A stretch of 64,000 bases of DNA from positions 16,086-80,085 of the forward strand of contig JANOAV010000123.1 in the NCBI GenBank assembly GCA_031411295.1, in the 5' to 3' direction. Positions within the stretch are counted from its first letter, which is position 1, and each line of letters opens with the position of its first letter. This DNA comes from Verrucomicrobiales bacterium. GTDB taxonomy: Bacteria > Verrucomicrobiota > Verrucomicrobiia > Verrucomicrobiales > V1-33. Shown here piece after piece: positions 10,338 to 20,061 of this stretch. The notes under the pieces are model-generated. The model did no database searches. It had not been told where the DNA came from and was given only the letters and a program-made list of their open reading frames with translations. The position numbers and the translations under genes were made by a program.

Positions 10338-11252
10338 TTAGGATGCGTCCAAGGCGAGTAATTCCACGGCGGCCGCTTTGATCTCCTCTTGGAGCGAGGA
10401 CTCCAGATCGGCCAAGAGTGGGAGCATTGGACCAGTGGCGGCAACGTTCGCCAAATTAACGGCGTGATGCAGCACGGGGATGGGCCCGTGGTTGTTGCGG
10501 AGGTCTTCTAATGGGAGGTAAATTTTACGAATTGCATCAGCGCGCGCCCAATCTCCTGCTTTCGCGGCAGCAAGCATGGCCATGGAGAGTTTGGGGGCCA
10601 CGCAGATGCAGCCGGAGGTGAAGCCGCCGAGTTTGAAATCGCGCAGATGCACGATGACCGGTTGCTCACCCATGCCGCTGATGATCATGTTGGGATCGAC
10701 TTGCTGCACGAGGTCTTGGAGGAAGGGGTCGTTGGCTTCATCTGGACGCACCACGGCGTATTTGATCCATGAAATGCAACCGTCCCGCACAAGTTTGGCG
10801 ACATCCGCCACGGTGGTGTAACCGTCGTTTTTGATATACAACACGGCCGGAATGCCAGCCTTGTCGGTGAATTTCCTAACGCTGGTAGCCACGCCAGCAG
10901 GCACTGCGGGTTGCAGGGTGGGGAGGATCATGGCCGTGGGGTAGTTCCGGCTGCGGAACAGGCTGGCCTGATCCATCATGGTGCCGTAATACGGTCCGAC
11001 CGACGGGATGATCACCGTTTCTGGGCCGGCGGCTGCGGCTAGTTCATCCAGCAATTGGGGGTATTCCGAGGGGGCGGTGTTGTAGAGGTTAGCGTTTCCT
11101 CCGTAGAGCATGATCCGCACGCCGCCACGCTCCAAATGTTGGATCTGATGTTGGTTGGCCTCCGGATTCAACGTGAAGTCGGTGTTCCGGCACAGCGGGG
11201 GCACGGAAATGACGGAGGTGGCGAGATCGGTTAGGGTGAGGGTGGATTTCAT
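10338..11252 (-). CDS. DapA/class I aldolase family protein (KdgD-like), substrate unknown
   Basis: About 300 aa, LYGGNAN, LYIK, IKYAV Schiff-base Lys, GFTSG. Confidence 0.75.
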   Translation of the reverse strand: MKSTLTLTDLATSVISVPPLCRNTDFTLNPEANQHQIQHLERGGVRIMLYGGNANLYNTAPSEYPQLLDELAAAAGPETVIIPSVGPYYGTMMDQASLFRSRNYPTAMILPTLQPAVPAGVATSVRKFTDKAGIPAVLYIKNDGYTTVADVAKLVRDGCISWIKYAVVRPDEANDPFLQDLVQQVDPNMIISGMGEQPVIVHLRDFKLGGFTSGCICVAPKLSMAMLAAAKAGDWARADAIRKIYLPLEDLRNNHGPIPVLHHAVNLANVAATGPMLPLLADLESSLQEEIKAAAVELLALDAS

Positions 11253-11278
11253 GGGGTTTTGGAAGGGCGGCTGGAAAG

Positions 11279-12157
11279 CTAGTATTGGCGGTCTAAAAGG
11301 TGGTCCGCCAGTCCGCGAAGATGGAATCCTTGTTCGCCAAAGAGATCCAGTGCATCGTGGGCGGTTTTGGTTAACCGATGTGCTTCATTGCGCGAGGCTT
11401 CGAGGCCGAGGATGCTGGGGTAGGTGGACTTCTCAGCGATGAGGTCCTTGCCGGCGGTTTTGCCGAGTTCAGCGGAGGTCTTAGTGACATCCAGAATATC
11501 ATCGATGATCTGAAACGCCAATCCGGCCGCCTGCCCAAATGCGGTGAGGGCCGCCAATTGAGCCTCGGTGGCTCCGCCCACCATGCCGCCGAGGCGCAGG
11601 CAGACGGTCAGCATGGCCATGGTCTTGCCTTGATGAATTGATTTCAGGTGCTCGAAGGAAACTTTCTTTCCTTCCGCTTCCAAGTCCATCACCTGACCGC
11701 CCACGAGCCACTTGCTGCTGGCGGCCTGGGCCAGTTCGCGCACGAGATCGGTGTGGGTGTAGGGGGCGGCCGCGGGTGATTTCAAGACCAGCTCGAATGC
11801 CAGTGGCTGCAGGGCGTCTCCCGCTAGCAGGGCAATGGCTTCGCCATAGACTTTGTGACAGGTAGGATTGCCCCGGCGGAAATCATCGTTGTCCATGCAG
11901 GGCAGGTCATCGTGAATCAGGGAATAGGTGTGAATGCATTCCACGGCACAAGCCGCTCCCAGAGCATCGTCGGCGTTTCCTCCGCAAGCTTCCGTGGCGG
12001 CCAGAGTGAGGATGGGGCGCAGGCGTTTCCCGCCGGCAAACATGCTGTGGCGCATGGCTGCATGGAGCGTGGCTGGCTGCGTGTCCGCAGCAGGGAGGAA
12101 TTTTTCCAACGCGGCTTCGATGGTCGCGTGGGTCGCTTTGATGTAGGCTGGGAGCAT
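11279..12157 (-). CDS. ispA: Polyprenyl (farnesyl/geranylgeranyl) diphosphate synthase
   Basis: GGKRLRP, SLIHDDLPCMDNDDFRRG, AFQIIDDILD, KSTYP; start ATG 12157. Confidence 0.93.
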   Translation of the reverse strand: MLPAYIKATHATIEAALEKFLPAADTQPATLHAAMRHSMFAGGKRLRPILTLAATEACGGNADDALGAACAVECIHTYSLIHDDLPCMDNDDFRRGNPTCHKVYGEAIALLAGDALQPLAFELVLKSPAAAPYTHTDLVRELAQAASSKWLVGGQVMDLEAEGKKVSFEHLKSIHQGKTMAMLTVCLRLGGMVGGATEAQLAALTAFGQAAGLAFQIIDDILDVTKTSAELGKTAGKDLIAEKSTYPSILGLEASRNEAHRLTKTAHDALDLFGEQGFHLRGLADHLLDRQY

Positions 12158-12236
12158 GGCAGGAAAGGAGTCGGGGCGGCCCGCCCCGATGATTGTTATT
12201 GTGAGGATGAAGGGGCGAGCCGCCCCTTCTCCTTTG

Positions 12237-13229
12237 CTAGAGTAGTTCCGCAATCTGCACGGCGTTCAGGGCTGCGCCCTTCAGCAACTGATCGCCCACG
12301 ACCCAGAAGGCGAGGCCATTGTCCAGAGCGCAATCGAGGCGGAGTCGGCCGACCTGGCAATTGTCCTTGCCTGCGACATGCAGCGGCAAGGGATAAAGTT
12401 TCTGGGAGGGATCGTCCACGATGTCCAGGCCGGGGGCCTTGGAAAGAACGTCGTAAGCGGCCGCCAGCGTGACCGGCTTGGTAAACTCAGCATTGATGGC
12501 AATGCTGTGCGCCCGGAAGACCGGCACGCGCACGCAGGTCACAGAGGCGCGGAAGTCTGGCAGATGCATGATCTTCTGGCCTTCGTTTTCCATTTTCATT
12601 TCTTCCTTGGTGTAGCCATTAGAGAGGAACGAATCGACGTGCGGCAGCACGTTGAAGGCGATCTGATGCGGATAGACTTGCTTGGAGATTTCCTCGCCTG
12701 CCGCCCATTGGCGCGTTTGGCGGTCCAGTTCCTCAATCGCTTGGGCGCCCGTGCCGCTTACAGCCTGATAGGTGGAGGCGATGACGCGTTTCACGCCGAA
12801 GGCTTGATGCAGCGGATACAATGCCATCAGGGAAATGGCGGTGCTGCAGTTGGGATTGGCGATGATGCCGTGATGACCCTTTACGTCGGCACCATTAATT
12901 TCCGGCACCACCAGTGGCACGTTGGGATCCATGCGGTAAGCGGAGGAGTTATCCACGACGACCGCCCCGGCCTTGACGGCGTGCGGGATGAATTCACGGG
13001 AGATATCCCCACCAGCACTGAACAACGCAATATCCACACCCTTAAAGCTGTCCGCCGTGAGTTCCTGGATGGTGACATCCTGCCCTTTAAACTTCAGTTT
13101 CTTGCCCGCCGAACGCGCGGAGGCCAGCAAGGTAAGTTTTCCGACGGGAAAATTTCGTTCTTCGAGGCAGCGAATCATTTCGATACCGACGGCTCCGGTG
13201 GCTCCGGCAATGGCGACGTGTTTGGACAT
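12237..13229 (-). CDS. asd: Aspartate-semialdehyde dehydrogenase
   Basis: GATGAVG, DNSSAYRM, IANPNCST, YQAVSG, TCVRVPV, KGAALNAVQIAE. Confidence 0.97.
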   Translation of the reverse strand: MSKHVAIAGATGAVGIEMIRCLEERNFPVGKLTLLASARSAGKKLKFKGQDVTIQELTADSFKGVDIALFSAGGDISREFIPHAVKAGAVVVDNSSAYRMDPNVPLVVPEINGADVKGHHGIIANPNCSTAISLMALYPLHQAFGVKRVIASTYQAVSGTGAQAIEELDRQTRQWAAGEEISKQVYPHQIAFNVLPHVDSFLSNGYTKEEMKMENEGQKIMHLPDFRASVTCVRVPVFRAHSIAINAEFTKPVTLAAAYDVLSKAPGLDIVDDPSQKLYPLPLHVAGKDNCQVGRLRLDCALDNGLAFWVVGDQLLKGAALNAVQIAELL

Positions 13230-13262
13230 GTGGGTGTGGTGAGTTTATTGAGATATAAGGAT

Positions 13263-13304
13263 AAAAAAGTGCCCCCCGTTCCTTCGTCAAGGAACGGGGG
13301 GCAC
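13263..13304 (-). terminator. Rho-independent terminator after rpmB and the small ORF
   Basis: Perfect 16-bp stem GTGCCCCCCGTTCCTT/AAGGAACGGGGGGCAC (13269-13304) followed on the minus strand by T6. Confidence 0.85.
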
Positions 13305-13331
13305 GACGACGAAGGTTAGGTTAGTGAAGAA

Positions 13332-13535
13332 CTAAGCCTTTTTCTTCAGCATGGGAAGACCGGTCCGCTCATTTTCGATGACCGTGTATCCGTCTGGGAG
13401 TTTGTCGATGGCACCTTCCTTCTTCTCGCCACCGAAGTAGTAGAGATTGGTAATGCCGCCGCCTTTACGCTCTTGGGCCTTAAGGTGGAGAAAGTATGTT
13501 TTGCCGGACTTTTTGCTGACTACGCTAAAGGACAT
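13332..13535 (-). CDS. Small basic conserved hypothetical protein (67 aa)
   Basis: Clean ORF between rpmB and a terminator; GKTYFLH...YYF...PDGYTVIENERTGLPMLKKK resembles an uncharacterised small-protein family. Confidence 0.85.
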   Translation of the reverse strand: MSFSVVSKKSGKTYFLHLKAQERKGGGITNLYYFGGEKKEGAIDKLPDGYTVIENERTGLPMLKKKA

Positions 13536-13601
13536 AATGGTAATGTGGGTTGAGTTGAATTTTCTGCTCCGAAGTTAACGGATTTTCACAATTAATCTAA
13601 A

Positions 13602-13868
13602 TTAATCGAGAAGGCCAGCTTTTTTAAGCGTGGCGTAGGCGCCATTTTTAGTGGCGGTTTTAAGCGCACGAGCCGTTAGGCGGATGCGGACGTAGGCTCC
13701 GAGTTCGGGGATCCACAGTTTCTTGTCGCGCAAATTCGGGGAGAACGTGCGGTTGGTTTTCTTAACGTGGTTCAAGCCGATGCCGCCGGAAGCTTTGGAT
13801 TTACCGCTGTGAGTGATGTTCCGACCGCGGTAGGGGCGGGCGCCTGTAATCATGCAAATTCGTGCCAT
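13602..13868 (-). CDS. rpmB: 50S ribosomal protein L28
   Basis: MARICMITG, GGIG, TNRTFSPNL, IRLTARALKT. Confidence 0.95.
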   Translation of the reverse strand: MARICMITGARPYRGRNITHSGKSKASGGIGLNHVKKTNRTFSPNLRDKKLWIPELGAYVRIRLTARALKTATKNGAYATLKKAGLLD

Positions 13869-13946
13869 GGTATTTGTTTGGTTGTCTAGAAAGTAGAGGA
13901 GGAAAAAGAAATTGGAGGGCGGAATCTAGGAGTCTCCCCCGGGTGG

Positions 13947-15500
13947 TCAAGCGATTCCTTTACTTTTTTGAGAAGGCCGAGGTTGGAGTTTTTTGGGTGG
14001 GCGGGGTGGCTTTGGTCCAGTCAAACTAAGCGCTTGATCGAAACGGGAGGTCAAATCGTCGATTTCCTCCAGACCCACGCTGACGCGCAGCAAATGTGCC
14101 TCCAGTCCGCACTCAGCCGCCCATGGAAGTTCGGTGTAGTGGGCCAGAAGGGTATAGGGGCAACAGATGGAGAAGTTCGTCCCGAGACTGGGGCCTTTGG
14201 CCAATTGGAGGGCGTCATACACGGCAGGAGCGGCGGAGGGGTCTTGGAGCGTGAAGCTCAGGAGGCATCCCCGCCCGCCACCGGGGCGCAGAATGTCAGT
14301 GATGCCTTCGGTGGCCAGTTTGGGATAATAAACGCGCTTTACGGCCGGATGTTGTTCCAGAAACCCCGCCAAAGCGGCCGCGTTCTGGCTGCTCCGGCGG
14401 ACACGTTTGGGGAAGTCTCGCGAATTGTGTTCGAGTTCCACGGCGTCTTCGCCCCAGAAAATGTCATTTTCAGCGAGTTCGACTTCGAACCAGGAACGCA
14501 GTGTTTCATAGTGCGGGGAACGGGGATTGATCGTGACCGCTCCGGCCAGAACATCACCCGTGCCGGAGAAGGATTTCGTCAGGCTGGTGGTGACGATATC
14601 AGCAAATTTCAAGGCATCCACGTTGATCACCGTGGCGACGGTGTCGTCGATGATCAAAGGCACGCCATGTGGCTGCAGCAGGGCGCTGAGCCGTGCCATG
14701 GGCACGCAACTCAGCAGGGGGTTACTGGGAGCTTCGCAGAAGACTCCGTGCAATTCTTGGGCGGCTGCGCGTGTGGCTACTTGTTGAAGCACTTCCTCGG
14801 TTACCACCGGGTAGAAATGCACCCCGTCCCCGAATTGTTCCTGCACTTTGAGCACATCAACATAAGGGAAATCCAGCTGCACGCTCTGCCGGTCCGGCCA
14901 GAGATCCATCAACAGGCGATGCACCGCAAATACTGCGGCCATGCCAGACGGGAAGAGGAAAATATCTTGCGGGGAAACCTTGGCAAGCCGGGCGAGGCGA
15001 GCGCGAATGGTTGCTTTGGCCGCGTCACCATCGGGGGCGTCTGGGAGTTTCTGCAATGCGGCGGTGGCTCTTCGGCTGCTGACCGTTTCTCCGCTAAAGC
15101 GCCAGTAAAGGCGCATGGAAGGTCGGCACTCCGCCGGGCCGAGCAGCGCCCAGAGATTGGAATCGGTGAGTTCCAGGGTTTGCAGGGAATACATATCCTC
15201 TCGGTCCAGCACGTAGGTGGCAGCTCGACTGACGGCGGCCTCGCTGGGGAAAAGGAGACATGTTTGGCCGGGCTCGCCATGTTCAGCGAGGACGGATTCC
15301 TCCAGTTGCAGATTTACTCGGGGAATAAAGAAGCGGGGGTAGCCTGCCTGCATTTTGGAGAGGACGGTGGCCTCGCCCTCCTCATAACCAATGACGTGCT
15401 TCCAGCACGGCAGGGAGACGGAAACGGCATGGGGAGAGGGTGGGAGCGGTTGCCCCAGGGTGTCCTCCTGCCAGATGGGGTTGGTTAATAGATCTTGCAT
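13947..15500 (-). CDS. PLP-dependent Cys/Met metabolism enzyme, long cystathionine gamma-synthase type
   Basis: FPSGMAA, EAPSNPLL, IDDT, TSLTKSFSG (PLP Lys), GPSLG, LRVSVGLE; N-terminal HAVSVSLP/GYPRFF. Confidence 0.88.
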   Translation of the reverse strand: MQDLLTNPIWQEDTLGQPLPPSPHAVSVSLPCWKHVIGYEEGEATVLSKMQAGYPRFFIPRVNLQLEESVLAEHGEPGQTCLLFPSEAAVSRAATYVLDREDMYSLQTLELTDSNLWALLGPAECRPSMRLYWRFSGETVSSRRATAALQKLPDAPDGDAAKATIRARLARLAKVSPQDIFLFPSGMAAVFAVHRLLMDLWPDRQSVQLDFPYVDVLKVQEQFGDGVHFYPVVTEEVLQQVATRAAAQELHGVFCEAPSNPLLSCVPMARLSALLQPHGVPLIIDDTVATVINVDALKFADIVTTSLTKSFSGTGDVLAGAVTINPRSPHYETLRSWFEVELAENDIFWGEDAVELEHNSRDFPKRVRRSSQNAAALAGFLEQHPAVKRVYYPKLATEGITDILRPGGGRGCLLSFTLQDPSAAPAVYDALQLAKGPSLGTNFSICCPYTLLAHYTELPWAAECGLEAHLLRVSVGLEEIDDLTSRFDQALSLTGPKPPRPPKKLQPRPSQKSKGIA

Positions 15501-15607
15501 TGGTGGTCTCAAGGATACCAGAGTCATGACGGGAGCAACTGCGAACTTCAGCGTTCAGTCATCCCTTCCTTGACCTGAGTTCCGGGAACGCGATGATGGC
15601 AGGATCT

Positions 15608-16417
15608 ATGCGCTTTAAACTAACGGTTGCTTACGACGGGAGAGCCTTTCAAGGGTGGCAAAGCCAGCCCAGCGGTCGGGGCGTGCAGCAAACCATCGAG
15701 TCCACGGTGGCGCGGATTGCCGATGGGGTGCCGGTGCGAGTCCACGGAGCGGGGCGCACGGATCGTGGGGTGCATGCGACCGGCCAGGTCGCGCATTTCG
15801 ATGCGCCAGAACGCTTGGACATGAATGCCGGGGCATGGTTCCGGGCGTTGAATACGAACTTGCCAAAGCAGGTCCGGGTGATGGAATGCGAGTTGGTGGA
15901 CGATTCGTTCAACGCGCAATTCGATGCCACGGGAAAACATTATGAATACCGCATCTGTCGGCTGCAGGCGCTGCCGCCGTTGGAGTTAGGCTTGGCATGG
16001 CATGTGCCCTGGCCGATGGACCTTGCGCTGTTGGAGCGCGCGTGTCAGGAAATGATCGGGGAGCATGACTTCACGGCGTTTTCCGCCCAGCGTAAAGATG
16101 GTCGGGAGTTGATCTCCGGGTTTTCCCAACGCACCATTTCCTCCATTAAGTTAGAGGAGCGTGCGGGGATGTTATCGCTGCATTTTCGAGGGAATAGTTT
16201 TCTCTACAAAATGGTGCGGCTACTCACTGGCAGCGCGCTGCGGGTGGCGCTGGGACGTCAGCCTCTGAGTTGGCTGGAGACGCTGCTGCATGATCCGCAG
16301 GGACAGAAAAGTCAGCATGTGGCACCCGCTGGTGGGCTTTATTTGCGGGCAGTGGAATATGTTCCGAGCGACAACAAAACAACGGGACCGTTGCCGGTCC
16401 CGTCGCTTGAAGTTTAA
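15608..16417 (+). CDS. truA: tRNA pseudouridine(38-40) synthase
   Basis: AYDG..FQGWQ, GAGRTDRGVHA, HDFTAF, SFLYKMVR. Confidence 0.95.
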   Translation: MRFKLTVAYDGRAFQGWQSQPSGRGVQQTIESTVARIADGVPVRVHGAGRTDRGVHATGQVAHFDAPERLDMNAGAWFRALNTNLPKQVRVMECELVDDSFNAQFDATGKHYEYRICRLQALPPLELGLAWHVPWPMDLALLERACQEMIGEHDFTAFSAQRKDGRELISGFSQRTISSIKLEERAGMLSLHFRGNSFLYKMVRLLTGSALRVALGRQPLSWLETLLHDPQGQKSQHVAPAGGLYLRAVEYVPSDNKTTGPLPVPSLEV

Positions 16418-16432
16418 ACCAGCTTCCAAGGA

Positions 16433-17143
16433 TTAATTCCTCGAAGAGAGGCTCATGAGGAGCTGGATAATATACCACAGCATGGTCACGAAGGCCGAGA
16501 AGAGGTGGAGGGAAGCGGCAATATACATTTGGCCGGGCCACTCGCGATAGATTTGCTGAGTCTGGTAAAGGATGGTGCCAGCCATCAGCAGAACCATGGC
16601 GGACATAAAGAAGACCCCCAGGCTGAAGCCAAAGAATATCGAGGTAACGATGATCCCAAGAGCGACCCACATGCCGACCTTCAGAAACCGCTGCATGAAG
16701 CTGAGATCCTTTTCCGTGGTCAAGGCCACCGTGGAGAGGCCGATGAATAGTCCGCCCGTAATGAGGGCAGCCTTCGTAACGATCGAGCCACCCAACTCGT
16801 TGCGGAAGACCAAGGCGAGCATGGGCAGAAAAATGAAGGCTTCGGCCACCACAAAAAGTCCAAGTCCGGCGTATTGAGTGCCCTGGCTGGCACCGTTGGT
16901 GACCATGCGATTGGCAAAATGAGTGATCCCCATGAAACCCAGCATGACTAAGAGCCAAGACCAGCGACTGGTGCTGAGCAGTCGGAGTGAACCCTCACGG
17001 AGTGCAGGAATCGAGAGCAGGAAGGCTTCGAGCGCGACGAAGGCAAGCAGGGCAAGGGCGAGGTGACCATAGACTCGTCTCATGAACAGGGAGCGTTCAG
17101 CGAGTTGATCTTCAGCAGAAGCGTAGGTGTTGGAGTAGTTCAT
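16433..17143 (-). CDS. Bax inhibitor-1/YccA family membrane protein
   Basis: About 7 hydrophobic segments, FMRRVY, KDLSFM, ILYQTQQI. Confidence 0.85.
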   Translation of the reverse strand: MNYSNTYASAEDQLAERSLFMRRVYGHLALALLAFVALEAFLLSIPALREGSLRLLSTSRWSWLLVMLGFMGITHFANRMVTNGASQGTQYAGLGLFVVAEAFIFLPMLALVFRNELGGSIVTKAALITGGLFIGLSTVALTTEKDLSFMQRFLKVGMWVALGIIVTSIFFGFSLGVFFMSAMVLLMAGTILYQTQQIYREWPGQMYIAASLHLFSAFVTMLWYIIQLLMSLSSRN

Positions 17144-17208
17144 AATTTGTATTTTCCGGAGTTACGTTATGAGCCACCCTACTGGATGCTCCCAAAATGA
17201 CAAGAAAT

Positions 17209-18465
17209 TTAATACAACAAGTAACCCTGCCGAGCACTTAGGAAACGATTGATGCTACCCTGCCAGCTGGCAATAATTCGCCCGGGAGCCCGGCGGCTGT
17301 TGAGATCGCGCCAGAGACTGCTGCTGCCGTAAACTTTGTGGAATAGATTCAGCGTGTCGCCACGGGTGGCCCGGAGCGGAGCCCCGCCGGTGCGTTTCAC
17401 GATTTCGCTCGTGAGGATGATATCCAACGCCAAGAGGTCGGTGGTGCCATGGGGATCAATCATGATTTGCACCCCGGCAAAGCCCGGCTTGCGGCTGCTG
17501 GTGTAAGGGGCGAAGCGCACGCCCGGGAGGCGCATTTGATTCATGCTGGCGGCAAACTCGTTGGGGTTGATCCCTTTTCCTCCGGCGTATTCAAAGGGTC
17601 GGCCCGTGCCGATGCCAATATCCACCCCATCCAGACCGCCCAGCACCCCAGTGGCGGCATAATAAAATGGTGAGTTAGGACCGGGGATGTTCGGGCTGGT
17701 GGCCACCCAGCGCAATCCGGTATCCGTCCAAGTCATGCCTCGGTTCCACCCGCGCATGGGCACGACCATCAGGCTGGGGGCGCGCTTGATCCAACCTTGG
17801 CCATTGATCATCCGGGCGAGTTCCCCCGCTGTCATGCCGTGGACATACGGCACGGGAATCTGGCCGACAAAGGATTTCCAACTCGATTCCAGCGGCGGAC
17901 CTTGCACGCGTTGCCCCCCCAGCGGATTGGGCCGATCCAACACGATGAACTGTTTCCCATTTTCTGCCGCCGCCTCCATCGCTAACGCCATGGTGGAAAT
18001 GTAGGTGTAACTGCGGGAACCAATATCTTGCAGGTCGAAGAGCAGCACATCAATATTCGAAAGCATGGCGGCAGAGGGTTTCCGGCTGTCGCCATACAGA
18101 GAGTAAGCCGGCAGCCCAGTGACGGAATCCCGGCGGGAGGCCACGTGATTTCCGGCTGGCTCTTTGCCATCCAGTCCATGTTCCGGCGTGTAGAGCGTGG
18201 TGAGACCCTGCCCGATCCCGCGTTGCAAGGCGACACGCGACGGCGTGCCATTGCGGGTTCTACTCGTCTGGTTGGTGATCAATCCAACGCGTTTGCCACG
18301 CAGCACCGCGTAGCCATCCTCGCCCAACCGATCAATTCCCAAGGCAAACGAACCGGTTTGCGCCTGCGGCTGGGGATAATTTGCGGAGCCCCCTCCGCCA
18401 ATTTGGCAACTGGTGAGCAGCGAGGTGAGGCAAAAGAGTAGCAAAGAAAGACAAAATTTCATCAT
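17209..18465 (-). CDS. DUF1343/NamZ exo-beta-N-acetylmuramidase family lipoprotein
   Basis: Lipobox LTSC; GLITNQT, PEHG, DLQDIGSRSYTY, VLDRPNP, HGMTAGELA, TSPNIP. Confidence 0.9.
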   Translation of the reverse strand: MMKFCLSLLLFCLTSLLTSCQIGGGGSANYPQPQAQTGSFALGIDRLGEDGYAVLRGKRVGLITNQTSRTRNGTPSRVALQRGIGQGLTTLYTPEHGLDGKEPAGNHVASRRDSVTGLPAYSLYGDSRKPSAAMLSNIDVLLFDLQDIGSRSYTYISTMALAMEAAAENGKQFIVLDRPNPLGGQRVQGPPLESSWKSFVGQIPVPYVHGMTAGELARMINGQGWIKRAPSLMVVPMRGWNRGMTWTDTGLRWVATSPNIPGPNSPFYYAATGVLGGLDGVDIGIGTGRPFEYAGGKGINPNEFAASMNQMRLPGVRFAPYTSSRKPGFAGVQIMIDPHGTTDLLALDIILTSEIVKRTGGAPLRATRGDTLNLFHKVYGSSSLWRDLNSRRAPGRIIASWQGSINRFLSARQGYLLY

Positions 18466-18510
18466 CCTTAATAATCAAGGATACCAAATGAATTTCAAGC
18501 AGAATTGAGC

Positions 18511-18533
18511 GTGGAGTCAGTCCGCTGGACTGA
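18511..18533. repeat. GTGG-type REP hairpin
   Basis: GTGGAGTCAGTCCGCTGGACTGA; same CAGTCC-nnn-GGACTG hairpin as copies at 28270, 32099, 49479 and 57040. Confidence 0.7.
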
Positions 18534-18621
18534 TCGCTGGAGTTTGGTTATCCCAGCGAAAACTTGAGAGGGAGGGCAAGTTCCCGCCATCGCGACATGG
18601 GAAGGTCTCGGGGCCAAACTA

Positions 18622-18651
18622 CAGGGGCGAGAGGTTTCCCTCTCGCCCCTG
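18622..18651 (-). terminator. Probable terminator after the PTPDL gene
   Basis: 13-bp perfect stem CAGGGGCGAGAGG/CCTCTCGCCCCTG, GAAA loop on the minus strand, weak T tail. Confidence 0.65.
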
Positions 18652-18672
18652 CACTAATTGCTAGGAGAATGA

Positions 18673-20061
18673 CTATTCGTCCTCTTCATTCTTCTTTCGT
18701 TTCTTCATGAAGGCAAAGCCTGCCCCCAAGACCACGAGCAGGCCGGCTCCACCAATGAGGTAGGTGCTGTTACTGCTTTCTTCCTCCTCCTGCTGTTTGT
18801 CGGCTTCAAGCTTTTTGGCAGCCAAGGCTTTTTTGGTTTCTTCCAATTTCTTATCGGCTGCGGCCTTGTCCTCCTTGGCTTTATCGACGGTCTTTGGGGG
18901 TGCGGGATCTCCTTTGGGAGGGATGGCCGGGGTGTTGACCACCGGTTTCGGCGCATTTTTGGCAGATTCGTCAGCGGCGTTTTTGAAGGCCAACGTTTTT
19001 GCTTTGAGCTTGGGATCGTTCTTCACGACGTCTTTCTTCATGGCTTGGTCCATGAGGTAGAAAGCCCCTTGGGCGTTGCCTTTACCTCCTTCAGTGAGGG
19101 CGCGGGTAACCAAGTCAGCCACTTCTGCATACTTCGCTTTGTCACGAATCAAGCCTTGGACGGCCACCCGTTCCTTCGCCACGGAAATCTGGCTGGCCTT
19201 GAGGCTTTGCAGATCATAATCATCAGCACTGAGGATGGGGACTTTGAGCTTCTTTTCATCGTCGTTCTTGAGCTTCAAATCGGATTTGCGCTTGTCGATC
19301 GCCAATTGGAGTTCTGCCGCCGCCACTTTATCCAAGGTGGCTTTATTGGCTTCCAACTCTTTCATGCGGGCGGGCTGCTCGCGGATTTTACCGAGTAGTT
19401 CCTTGTCATAGTCATCCAGCATTTTGCTATACATTTCCACGGCTTCGACAAAGGCTGGGGTGGCGAGGTATTCGGACTTGAGCTTGATCATCTTATCCAA
19501 CGCTCCCTTGGTGTCCAGCGCCTTAATGTCGTCCTGCATTTGTTTGCGGAGGATCTTGGCGTCAATGTTATAGTCGTTCCACTTGCTTTCCTCTGGACTG
19601 ATCCAAGTGCCTTCCAGTTTTTGCCAGCCGTTGTTGACCTTTTCCAGTTCTGCTTCGAGCGTTTTCAGGATGCCTTTGACCTCTTCGGCCAGTTTGCTGG
19701 CGGGGTATTTGGTAAGAAATGGTTTTAACTGACCTTCGATGATCTTGGTGTAGGCGGTGGCACCGAAGAGATCCGGGGTGGGCACGAGCGCTCGCAGGGC
19801 TGGCATTTCCAACTCATCCGGCGCCAGGCGCTTGAGTTCGGCTATCTCAGAAAGTTTGAAGACTCGCTCTTCTTTAATTGATTTGGAAGGCCGCCAGACG
19901 AATTTTATGCTGTCTGGGGGAACGTCCGTGGCGACCCCTTCCAAGGTGGTGCCGTCTTTTAATTTCAGGGTATCCGCCAGCACCACGCTCATCAAGGCGA
20001 GGGGCAGGCTGAGGCTGCAGGCGAGGCGGAGGCCCCGGGCAGGAGTGGAGATTCGTTTCAT
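18673..20061 (-). CDS. PTPDL family protein with signal peptide and C-terminal TM anchor
   Basis: ADTLKLKDGTTLEG after a signal peptide, literal PTPDL motif, GWQKLEGTW, C-terminal TM followed by KKRKK; start ATG 20061. Confidence 0.8.
   Translation of the reverse strand: MKRISTPARGLRLACSLSLPLALMSVVLADTLKLKDGTTLEGVATDVPPDSIKFVWRPSKSIKEERVFKLSEIAELKRLAPDELEMPALRALVPTPDLFGATAYTKIIEGQLKPFLTKYPASKLAEEVKGILKTLEAELEKVNNGWQKLEGTWISPEESKWNDYNIDAKILRKQMQDDIKALDTKGALDKMIKLKSEYLATPAFVEAVEMYSKMLDDYDKELLGKIREQPARMKELEANKATLDKVAAAELQLAIDKRKSDLKLKNDDEKKLKVPILSADDYDLQSLKASQISVAKERVAVQGLIRDKAKYAEVADLVTRALTEGGKGNAQGAFYLMDQAMKKDVVKNDPKLKAKTLAFKNAADESAKNAPKPVVNTPAIPPKGDPAPPKTVDKAKEDKAAADKKLEETKKALAAKKLEADKQQEEEESSNSTYLIGGAGLLVVLGAGFAFMKKRKKNEEDE

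Noticed and set aside
12378..13319. 313-aa + strand ORF
   Set aside because: Antisense shadow of asd
13968..15488. 506-aa + strand ORF
   Set aside because: Antisense shadow of the PLP enzyme; expected in GC-rich DNA
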